Assembly (NCBI GenBank): GCA_038128265.1
Contig: JAYPJE010000010.1
Span: forward strand, 28,849-52,464
Length of the DNA stretch: 23,616 bases
Source: Gemmatimonadota bacterium
GTDB lineage: Bacteria; Latescibacterota; UBA2968; UBA8231
Direction: 5' to 3'
Part shown: positions 16,358 through 23,616 of the stretch, one piece after another
Numbering within the stretch: the first letter of the stretch is position 1
Layout of the letters: each line of letters starts with the position of its first letter
Made by a program: the position numbers and the translations under genes
Notes under the pieces: model-generated
The model's database searches: none
Seen by the model: only the letters and a program-made list of their open reading frames with translations
What the model was told of the DNA's origin: nothing

Positions 16358-17132
16358 TCTCGCCGAAAATAACGGGGAAACGGTGACCGTTGCTGGCCAC
16401 GGTCACCGCGTCCATATAGCACACGCTAAATGCGCGCCGAGCCTGGTCCGTGCGGTTTACGTCCGAGCTGTGCAGGAGCCAGTTGTGCAAAAGGACGACT
16501 TCGCCGGCGGCCAGTTCCAGCGGTACTGGATCGCTTTTTTCGAGCAGCCGCTGCGTTTGCTCCTCCGTGAGAAAACCCGAACCGTGTTCCGGGTTGACGA
16601 GCGCCGAGTGCGAACCGGGCACAACGTGCACGCAGCCGTTGGCCACCGTTGCCGCATCAAGTGCCGTCCACACCGTGACTAGGGGATCGCGGTCCAGATT
16701 TGTCCAGCGATCTTGGTGCCACACCAGATTGGTACCTTCGCCGGCGGGTTTGTTCATAAACATGGCGCGAAAGCAAGCGATATCCGCTGCTTCACCATAT
16801 GCGCGGGCGCATATGTGGCGAAAGAGTGGGTGCTGCATATACTTCAGAAAGGCGTCGTCGTATTCGAGGTCCTGTATTTTGCGATAGGCCAGCGTTGGCC
16901 CTTTAAATCCCCTCGACTGCGGCCCCGGCCCCGACCCCGGCCCATCCGCGCAGTCCAGCTGCATCATCATGCGGTCGTAGTCGACGTCGGCCCGGCCCAT
17001 CATGATATCGTCCATCCGCGTTTGTAGGGTCTCCAATTCATCCGGACTAGCCACCTGCCCCAGCGATAAAAACCCATCGCGCTGGAACTGCTGCCACGCC
17101 TCGTCCGTTAGTCTTTCCGCGGTAGTATTCAT
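16335..17132 (-). CDS. PhyH family Fe(II)/2-oxoglutarate dioxygenase
   Basis: FQRDGFL, WHQD, VWTALD...NGCVHVVPGSH, LHSSDVN...RRAFSVCY. AAGGGGGA RBS. Confidence 0.93.
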   Translation of the reverse strand: MNTTAERLTDEAWQQFQRDGFLSLGQVASPDELETLQTRMDDIMMGRADVDYDRMMMQLDCADGPGSGPGPQSRGFKGPTLAYRKIQDLEYDDAFLKYMQHPLFRHICARAYGEAADIACFRAMFMNKPAGEGTNLVWHQDRWTNLDRDPLVTVWTALDAATVANGCVHVVPGSHSALVNPEHGSGFLTEEQTQRLLEKSDPVPLELAAGEVVLLHNWLLHSSDVNRTDQARRAFSVCYMDAVTVASNGHRFPVIFGENALALSA

Positions 17133-17150
17133 GGCCTATCCCCCTTGCCC

Positions 17151-17206
17151 TTGCGGCGGTGTAATCTTGTTCCCATAGTATAAAAAAAACAGCGATTCCC
17201 GTTCAA
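17151..17206. promoter_or_regulatory. Overlapping divergent sigma-70-like promoters
   Basis: Minus strand TTGAAC(17206-17201)-N18-TATACT(17182-17177). Plus strand TTGCGG(17151-17156)-N17-CATAGT(17174-17179). Confidence 0.4.
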
Positions 17207-17220
17207 ACGGCTGGCCATTG

Positions 17221-18177
17221 ATGATTCAAACCGTTTTTTTCACCCATTTACCCCCAGAACAGGCGCGGTGCATTACGGCCTGCGCTCCCCCGCATTTCCA
17301 CATTGAAACGCACCCGACCAACCTACCGGATACCGAGAAAATAGCCCTGCTGCGCGATGCCCATTTTCTCATTCTGTTCCCGGGCCACCTTGCCGACGAT
17401 GTGCTGATATCAGCCACCCACCTGCGCCTGATCCAATGGGTTAGCGCCGGATTCGACCAAGGAAACTTACCTCTCTGCAAAGAACTCGGCATTCCCGTCG
17501 CCAATAACGGAGGCACCAATGCCATCGACGTCGCCGAACACACGCTGGCCTTGGTGCTCGGGCTGTACCGCCGCCTCGTTCAACTCGATGGCAACGTGCG
17601 CGCCGGTCGCTGGAACGCCGTCTCGCTGGGTTCGGATACGCAGACGGTTCACGGCAAGACGCTGGGCATCGTCGGCCTCGGCCACATCGGCCGGCGAGTG
17701 GCTCAGCTCTTTGCAGCGCTGGGCGCGCACATAGTATACAGCGACCCGGTTGGGGCCGACGACGAGACCGAGCGTGCGCTGGGCATTCGCCGCTTACCGC
17801 TCGACCAACTGCTGTCCTGTGCCGATATCGTCTCCCTGCACGTGCCGCTATCCTCCCATACTCGGCACCTGATTGGAGCGGCGGAACTCGCACGTATGAA
17901 GCAGAGTGCGCTGCTTATCAATACCTGCCGCGGTCCCGTAGTCGATCAGCAAGCCCTCTCCCATGCCCTGCGCGAGGGGCATATTGCCGGAGCCGGCATT
18001 GATGTGTTTGAAACGGAACCCATTGCCGCTGACGACCCGCTGCTAGCCCATACCCATGCCCTCTATACGCCACATGCGGCCGGCGTCACCCGCGACACCT
18101 GGGCACGCCGCGGCGCCTTTGTATTCGACAACCTGCAGCGCGTCTGGGACGGCCTAGCGCCCCAGGCGCAGCTTTAA
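17221..18177 (+). CDS. D-isomer-specific 2-hydroxyacid dehydrogenase
   Basis: VAEHTLAL, GIVGLGHIG, VSLHVPL, INTCRG, DVFETEP, TPHAAG (catalytic R/E/H present). Confidence 0.93.
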   Translation: MIQTVFFTHLPPEQARCITACAPPHFHIETHPTNLPDTEKIALLRDAHFLILFPGHLADDVLISATHLRLIQWVSAGFDQGNLPLCKELGIPVANNGGTNAIDVAEHTLALVLGLYRRLVQLDGNVRAGRWNAVSLGSDTQTVHGKTLGIVGLGHIGRRVAQLFAALGAHIVYSDPVGADDETERALGIRRLPLDQLLSCADIVSLHVPLSSHTRHLIGAAELARMKQSALLINTCRGPVVDQQALSHALREGHIAGAGIDVFETEPIAADDPLLAHTHALYTPHAAGVTRDTWARRGAFVFDNLQRVWDGLAPQAQL

Positions 18178-18195
18178 CCGCCTGCTGAAGACACC

Positions 18196-18846
18196 GTGCA
18201 GAGTTGGAATCACACCATACCTATGCTGCGCGACGGACGAGCGAAGGCTCTTCTAGGCGAAGTCGCGCGGCTGCGCCAGACGCGCGTCGTCTATCCCCCG
18301 ACCGAACGCGTCTTCCGCGCGCTCGAGCTCACTCCATTCGCCGACGTTCGCACGGTGATCCTGGGACAGGACCCCTATCACGGAGAGGGACAGGCACACG
18401 GGCTGGCCTTTTCGGTGCCAGAGGGCACCAAGACTCCGCCTTCTCTGCGCAATATCTTTAAGGAAGTGGCCAGTGACATCTACGGGGATGATGCCCCCAC
18501 TTTCTCAACGGACCTGGAGCGCTGGGCGCGCCAGGGGGTGCTGCTGCTCAATTCGTCTCTAACCGTAGAAGCGGGCCGAGCTGGATCGCACCAAAAACTG
18601 GGCTGGCACGCGCTAACGGATCAGATCGTCGAGACGCTGAGCCAGCAGCGGCACCACCTAGTCTTTATGCTGTGGGGTGCCCATGCCCAATCCAAGCGCG
18701 CACTCATCGATTCCGAACACCACCTTGTACTGGAGTCGGCACACCCATCACCGCTGTCTGCCTACCGCGGTTTTTTTGGCTGCCGTCACTTTTCCAAGGC
18801 CAACGCCTACCTAAATGCACATGGGAAACCGCCCATCGCATGGTGA
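18196..18846 (+). CDS. ung: Uracil-DNA glycosylase, family 1
   Basis: ILGQDPYHG, AHGLAFSV, PPSLRNIFKE, WARQGVLLLN, HPSPLSA. Confidence 0.97.
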   Translation: MQSWNHTIPMLRDGRAKALLGEVARLRQTRVVYPPTERVFRALELTPFADVRTVILGQDPYHGEGQAHGLAFSVPEGTKTPPSLRNIFKEVASDIYGDDAPTFSTDLERWARQGVLLLNSSLTVEAGRAGSHQKLGWHALTDQIVETLSQQRHHLVFMLWGAHAQSKRALIDSEHHLVLESAHPSPLSAYRGFFGCRHFSKANAYLNAHGKPPIAW

Positions 18847-18882
18847 CGTGGCTATACTCGGATAGACAAGCCCCGGCCAGCG

Positions 18883-19599
18883 CTAGGCCTCTAACTCGGC
18901 GATAAGCGCACCGATCCAGTCGGGGCGCCCACAGGAAAATTCACCCACGCCCATGGCTGCCAGTTCGCGAAAGCGCGCACGCGTTTCCTCAAAGCTCAAA
19001 TCGTCGCGAAATCCACAGCGCACATCCAGTCCGCGCGCACGCGCATCGGCTATGAATTCTGGGCGAGCGGCTACCGGCCAGACGATGAGCAGACCGGCAC
19101 CTAAGCGCTCGACGACTTCGGCGGCTTCAAAGGGTTTAGGCTCGACGAGAAAGTAGGCAATTTCAATATGTGGATTGAGCGCCCGAGATTCGACCAGCGC
19201 CTCTTCGTGAAAGCTCGACAGAGTGCATTGTGCGACTACGTCAGCCGCCTCAATCTGACGCACGGCCTGTTCGGCCAAATCCCCCTCTTTAAACTCGACC
19301 AATAGGCGCGCCCGGTCGCGCATGCAGTCGATGGCCTCGGCAAAGGTCGGAATGGGCTGGTCACCGCTGCGCAGTCGCTTCACCTCGGCCAGCGTCATAT
19401 CGGCCACTGCACCGCTGCCATCGGTCGTGCGATCTACCGTCGCATCGTGTATAACGACCAGCTCGCCGTCGCGGGTGCGGCGTATATCGAACTCGATTCG
19501 GTAGGCCCCCTGTGCAATGGCTGCTTCAAACGCAGCTAGGGTATTTTCAGGGGCATAGGCCATCGCACCCCGATGGGCGCCGATGCGCAGTGATGCCAT
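18883..19599 (-). CDS. Glycerophosphodiester phosphodiesterase (GDPD) family protein
   Basis: AHRGAMAYAPENTLAAF, IEFD, VVIHDATVDRTT, IPTFAE, VEFK. Confidence 0.9.
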   Translation of the reverse strand: MASLRIGAHRGAMAYAPENTLAAFEAAIAQGAYRIEFDIRRTRDGELVVIHDATVDRTTDGSGAVADMTLAEVKRLRSGDQPIPTFAEAIDCMRDRARLLVEFKEGDLAEQAVRQIEAADVVAQCTLSSFHEEALVESRALNPHIEIAYFLVEPKPFEAAEVVERLGAGLLIVWPVAARPEFIADARARGLDVRCGFRDDLSFEETRARFRELAAMGVGEFSCGRPDWIGALIAELEA

Positions 19600-19613
19600 G
19601 TTTCGTCTCCCTG

Positions 19614-22097
19614 TTAGCGCAGTATGAGCATTTTCTTGCTCGTCGTACCCGCCCGCGTTTGCAAGCGATAGATATACAGCCCCGTAGCCAGCATTTCACC
19701 GCGCTCGCTGCGACCGTCCCAGTGCATCAGGTGATCGCCCGCTTCCATCCATCCCGATGCCAGCGTCGCCACGCGCTGACCGGTCAAATTATAGACGCTC
19801 AGCAGCGCGTCTCCAGCAACGGGAAGTGCAAAACGAATAGCCGTCTCTCCGTTAAACGGGTTGGGCGCATTTTGCGTTAAACCATGGTGCGCCGGCGTCC
19901 AATCCGCGGACTCTTCGACCACGGCGGTATAGGCATCGGCCTGCCGATCGGCCACCAGGCGCACGTCATCAACGTAAAACGTGCCGCGCAAGTTGCCCAA
20001 TATGCGCAGCGAGGTAATTGGCCCTTGCAGGCGATAGAAGCGCTCTAGGGGAATCTCTACGCGCTGCCATTCGGCTCGCGCCATATCTACCTCGGCCCCT
20101 TCTCCGTCGAAGAGCAATACCTGCGATGGAGCATCGCCGTTTAGCATGACGTTGAAGGCTGGTCGCGTGCCTACGGTAGCACTGCCCGGATGGAAGGCAA
20201 AGTGCAAGGAGCGGTAGCCGGCTGCTTCAACCGGTTGGATCGGCAGAAACTCGACGGTGAATGCGCTGGCGCGTATTCCCTGGGACAGCGCACCCACCGC
20301 GGCCTGTTCGCTGGCATCATACACTTCGGCATTGGATACAAATCCCGGCGTCCAATTGTCGCCGAAGCCCTCGTCAAAGACGATCTGATCTTCGCGCGGC
20401 AATACCACTATCTCATGGCGCATTTCGGACTGCAGCAGACCAGCGGTGCTCTGCTGCTCTATATGCAATACGATTTCACGCCTACCATTGGCCAGCGCTA
20501 CCGGCAGCACTGCGCGCAGCCGGTAGAGGCCACTGCCCAACGACTCCAGCGGCTGGGCTCTATCGCCGCCCAACGCACTGAGATCGGCCACCACCTGAGG
20601 GACAGCCCCGTCGGGATGTGTGCTGTGAACGCGTAAGTCCCCTTCCCATGCGACGGCCGCTCCGCTCACCAGCGTATCGGGCAGCACACGGACCCACTCG
20701 CCGCGCACGTGAGGCGCGGGAAAGCGCGCGCTGACAAGTTGGATATCGTCCAAGAAGAAACGACCGCGCAGATTGCCAAAAAAGGTAATAGACTCGAGCG
20801 GATCTTCCAGCGGATGGAAGGTCCACAGCGGTATCTCTACTGTCTGCCAAGCAGGCGATTTGAGGTCGATACCGGCACCGGACACGGCACCTGCTCCGAT
20901 CAGATTTTCGATTTTACGCGCGTCGCGATTGAGCTGCACGGCGAAAGCCGGACGCAGCCCCACCGTCGCCTCCCCCGGGTGAAAAGCAAAGCGCAGCGCG
21001 CGGTAGCCGGCCAGGTCAACCGGCTCGACTGGGGCGAGTTCAAGGGTAAACGATTGCGCATCAACCGCCAGTGCTCGCGCGCCCTCCAACACCTCTTCTC
21101 CCTGCCAGTCAACTTCTGCATTAAGCAAGAGTCGCTGTGTCCACTCTTCGCCCAGCGCATCGTTGGCTACGGGCGCATTCATTGGGGGAATGAGCACCAC
21201 CCTTCGGCTCAGATGCTCCTCGACATCCCCCTGTTTCAAGACGACGCGCAGGTTTCGCCTCCCCGGTTGGGCACCCGCCCGAAAGGCAGCCTCGAGTTCA
21301 TACGTTCCATCACCTACCGCCCGCATCGGCTGTCGAATATCCCCTCCCAACGCACCTAAGTCAGCCCATGCCTCGATGGGCCCTGCTTCGTCCGCTTTGA
21401 CCGCCAAACGGGCGCGCAGACGGGCCGGCTCGCCGGCGACCAATGTATCAGCCCATCCCTCTTGCCATAGCCCCTGCAGCCCTCCCGGCTCAAAGTAGGG
21501 TATATGCATGCGGATATAGCGACGGTGATCGCTCGAAATAATGGCATCTTCAACGGCCTGACGACCGTAGCGCGTATAGCGACCAATATCGGCATCGTCC
21601 GTATTGGTAAAGCCTCCATTGAACACTTCGCTCCACTTGCTGGCTGGATCCATCGCGTAGTAATAGCGCGCGTCGTATCCCACCAAAACAATTAGGTGGC
21701 CGACAGTGGAAAACCCGCCGTGCACAATGACCGGCTTTCCCGCATCGAGGGCCGCGTGCAGTTGGACGAGCGTGCCGTCCTCTGTCGCCCCATCGCGGAC
21801 GCGCAGACCGCGCAGAGCCGCTTCCTCGTCAAAAACCTCGCGCAGCCCCCCCGTCGATTGGGCGACGGAGGTACCCCATTTAGCCGATATGAGGTCGGGG
21901 GTGATATCGGAAGCTCCGTAAAACTTGAGCACCATGGCGACGCAGGTGTTTTGACAAGACCCCGAGGGATTGATGCGGTTGCTGAACTGGTGGAAGTACG
22001 GCATCCCCTCGATATAGCCGGCACCAGACCTGCTGGCTATAAGCACGACAAGGACGATTGCGAAAACACCATACACCTGACGCATCACCGTTGACAT
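19614..22097 (-). CDS. Secreted modular protein: C39-like cysteine peptidase, two copies of an Ig-like plus CBM-like unit, and a FlgD-Ig/T9SS-like C-terminal domain
   Basis: ATG 22097 follows a GGAGAGG RBS, then signal peptide MSTVMRQVYGVFAIVLVVLIASRSGA. PYFHQ...GSCQNTCVAM, GHLIVLVGYD and MDP give a Cys-His-Asp triad. C-terminal QNAPNPFN...VYNLTGQRVATL...WDGR...GLYIYRL...KKMLILR. Confidence 0.82.
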   Translation of the reverse strand: MSTVMRQVYGVFAIVLVVLIASRSGAGYIEGMPYFHQFSNRINPSGSCQNTCVAMVLKFYGASDITPDLISAKWGTSVAQSTGGLREVFDEEAALRGLRVRDGATEDGTLVQLHAALDAGKPVIVHGGFSTVGHLIVLVGYDARYYYAMDPASKWSEVFNGGFTNTDDADIGRYTRYGRQAVEDAIISSDHRRYIRMHIPYFEPGGLQGLWQEGWADTLVAGEPARLRARLAVKADEAGPIEAWADLGALGGDIRQPMRAVGDGTYELEAAFRAGAQPGRRNLRVVLKQGDVEEHLSRRVVLIPPMNAPVANDALGEEWTQRLLLNAEVDWQGEEVLEGARALAVDAQSFTLELAPVEPVDLAGYRALRFAFHPGEATVGLRPAFAVQLNRDARKIENLIGAGAVSGAGIDLKSPAWQTVEIPLWTFHPLEDPLESITFFGNLRGRFFLDDIQLVSARFPAPHVRGEWVRVLPDTLVSGAAVAWEGDLRVHSTHPDGAVPQVVADLSALGGDRAQPLESLGSGLYRLRAVLPVALANGRREIVLHIEQQSTAGLLQSEMRHEIVVLPREDQIVFDEGFGDNWTPGFVSNAEVYDASEQAAVGALSQGIRASAFTVEFLPIQPVEAAGYRSLHFAFHPGSATVGTRPAFNVMLNGDAPSQVLLFDGEGAEVDMARAEWQRVEIPLERFYRLQGPITSLRILGNLRGTFYVDDVRLVADRQADAYTAVVEESADWTPAHHGLTQNAPNPFNGETAIRFALPVAGDALLSVYNLTGQRVATLASGWMEAGDHLMHWDGRSERGEMLATGLYIYRLQTRAGTTSKKMLILR
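19950..21480 (-). repeat. Internal tandem duplication of about 260 aa within the C39-like protein (boundaries approximate)
   Basis: Paired motifs ADTLV/PDTLV, ADLGALGG/ADLSALGG, GDGTYEL/GSGLYRL, GYRALRFAFHPG/GYRSLHFAFHPG, WQTVEIPL/WQRVEIPL and GNLRGRFFLDDIQLV/GNLRGTFYVDDVRLV, about 780 nt apart. Confidence 0.9.
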
Positions 22098-22138
22098 CAA
22101 AGTCCTCTCCTCTCTAAGCCAGGTAAAACCGCACCGAT

Positions 22139-22987
22139 CTAATTGGGCGATGCAGCGCGCTGCCAGTCCCCTTGATACTGTTCTATAAAACGCCCCAAAA
22201 AGGCCTGCGTTTCCCCATCGAGACCGTCCAAATACCCCTCTGTGAGAAACCACGGCTGGTCGGAAAAGTAGTCGAAGCGCGGAGCGCTGGCCTTGGTATA
22301 GGTCAACATCAGCGTGCGACGCAGCTTGTCGACGTGATAGCGCCCCCGATGCAAGCCGCAGGGATTAAAGGCGACGGCATCACCGGCTTCCAGCGCCACG
22401 CGCAGCGCACCCGGCATGGCATTGGAGCGATTGTTGTGGCCCTCGTCGGCCCGGCGAATAGCATACTCTGCCGGCGTATCCCAGCGCAGATGGGAACCGG
22501 GCACGACCTCGACGTCATCAGACGGCACTAGGGCAACCTGTAGCTGAATGCTTGTGCCCCCCTGACCGGCATCGGCAATCATGCGCTGTTCGTCCTCTTC
22601 CCGCGGGCAGTGAAACTGCGAGTCGCGGTGCCAATTGCCATCCACGCTCCGCGCCAGCGGATTCATAAAGAGACTGGTGCAGCGAAAGAGCACTTCCTCA
22701 CCGAGAATGGCGCGTCCGACCGACAATACCTGCGGATCGGCGATGGCGCGCAGCATTTCGCGCAGTTCATCAGACGTATGGGAAAAATAACCGGGGTGGT
22801 TCAGATGCCGCATAACGGTTGCATTGTCATCTCCTCCCGGCTTGCCGTTCTCGGCGCTGCGGATACGCCACTGGTCGAGTATCGATTCGGCAATGGCGCA
22901 TAACCGCGCGCTGCGCTCGGCGTCAAACAGACCGCGCACCACGACGTATCCCTGCTCTTGCCACTGGGCCTTCAACGCTTCGCTCAT
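22139..22987 (-). CDS. PhyH family Fe(II)/2-oxoglutarate dioxygenase
   Basis: WQEQGYVVVRGLF, WHRD, VVPGSH, GDAVAFN...LHRGRY...RRTL. Confidence 0.88.
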   Translation of the reverse strand: MSEALKAQWQEQGYVVVRGLFDAERSARLCAIAESILDQWRIRSAENGKPGGDDNATVMRHLNHPGYFSHTSDELREMLRAIADPQVLSVGRAILGEEVLFRCTSLFMNPLARSVDGNWHRDSQFHCPREEDEQRMIADAGQGGTSIQLQVALVPSDDVEVVPGSHLRWDTPAEYAIRRADEGHNNRSNAMPGALRVALEAGDAVAFNPCGLHRGRYHVDKLRRTLMLTYTKASAPRFDYFSDQPWFLTEGYLDGLDGETQAFLGRFIEQYQGDWQRAASPN

Positions 22988-22996
22988 ACAGTTACC

Positions 22997-23614
22997 TCAC
23001 GTCCAGTTGCGCGGGTCGGGCACCGCCACCCAAGTACCGCCCTGGGCGATGGACGCCTGGCTGACCAAACCCGGCAGGGTCATATCCATTGCCATATCAA
23101 TGTCGATCGGCGCCGGACGATCCTGGCGAATGGAATCGACGAAATCCTGCACCTCCCACCAATCCCCGCCGCCGTGCCCAGCGCGCACGGCCTCTTCTGG
23201 CGGGTTTTTCCAGTATTCTGGAAGAAACTCCTCGAGTTCGCTCAGCGCTTCCCAGCGGTGCTCTCCCGAGCGAGCGCGCAGCCAAACCCGCGCCTCGCCG
23301 CGAAAGCCATCGCCCGACTCGTAGCAGCCATCGGTTCCCTGCAGGGCATAGTGGGTCATGTGGTGCGGCCGTTCCGACAGCATATCCACGCGAATGTGAA
23401 CCAACCCGCCACCGCTCATACGGCACATCATCGTGACGGAGTCTTCCATTTCGTAGTGATCGCCGCGCGGGTCTCGGTAGTGGTGCCCCGTTCCCATCGC
23501 ACACACCGACGTCACTCGCTGGCCTGCAAACCACTGCAGCACTGGCCCCAAACTGTGGGTCGGATACGTCGAACCATTGACACCCGTCTGCCAACGGCGC
23601 CGCCACGGCGTTTG
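22997..23614 (-). CDS. Gfo/Idh/MocA family oxidoreductase, C-terminal part (5' end outside the window)
   Basis: The frame stays open to the window edge: QTPWRRRWQTGVNGSTYPTHSLGPVLQWF...LQGTDGCYE...AGHGGGDWWEVQDFVDSIR...PIDIDMAMD. Confidence 0.85.
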   Translation of the reverse strand, partial: QTPWRRRWQTGVNGSTYPTHSLGPVLQWFAGQRVTSVCAMGTGHHYRDPRGDHYEMEDSVTMMCRMSGGGLVHIRVDMLSERPHHMTHYALQGTDGCYESGDGFRGEARVWLRARSGEHRWEALSELEEFLPEYWKNPPEEAVRAGHGGGDWWEVQDFVDSIRQDRPAPIDIDMAMDMTLPGLVSQASIAQGGTWVAVPDPRNWT

Positions 23615-23616
23615 CT

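Noticed and set aside
22098..22253. N-terminal extension of the C39 protein overlapping phyH
   Set aside because: The RBS and signal peptide point to ATG 22097.
1..23616. CRISPR arrays, tRNA/rRNA, IS elements, prophage or defence genes
   Set aside because: No spaced direct repeats, RNA gene signatures, transposase/integrase motifs or defence domains seen. recG and ung look like ordinary housekeeping repair genes 17 kb apart.

Overview
GC-rich bacterial chromosomal window, densely coding, with no RNA genes, CRISPR arrays or mobile elements that I could recognise. Gene content suggests an FCB-superphylum organism such as Latescibacterota (inference): three PhyH dioxygenases, three Gfo/Idh/MocA oxidoreductases, a TonB-dependent receptor with a DUF4249-like lipoprotein, and a protein with a FlgD-Ig/T9SS-like C-terminal domain. 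In order: the 5' part of recG (missing from the ORF track); a YcgR-like PilZ protein behind a sigma-28-like promoter; a small unknown membrane protein; a standalone murG-HEAT fusion coupled to a divergent mraY; phyH; a signal-peptide-bearing cellobiose 2-epimerase-like enzyme divergent from Gfo/Idh/MocA and an MFS transporter; an M20 hydrolase; Gfo/Idh/MocA; lipoprotein, TBDR and phyH; a 2-hydroxyacid dehydrogenase; ung; GDPD; a modular secreted C39-like peptidase; phyH; and a truncated Gfo/Idh/MocA. The best candidate for an undescribed system is the two-gene murG-HEAT/mraY module outside any dcw cluster, whose MraY has an altered uridine pocket. All family calls come from motif recognition by eye, not database searches.
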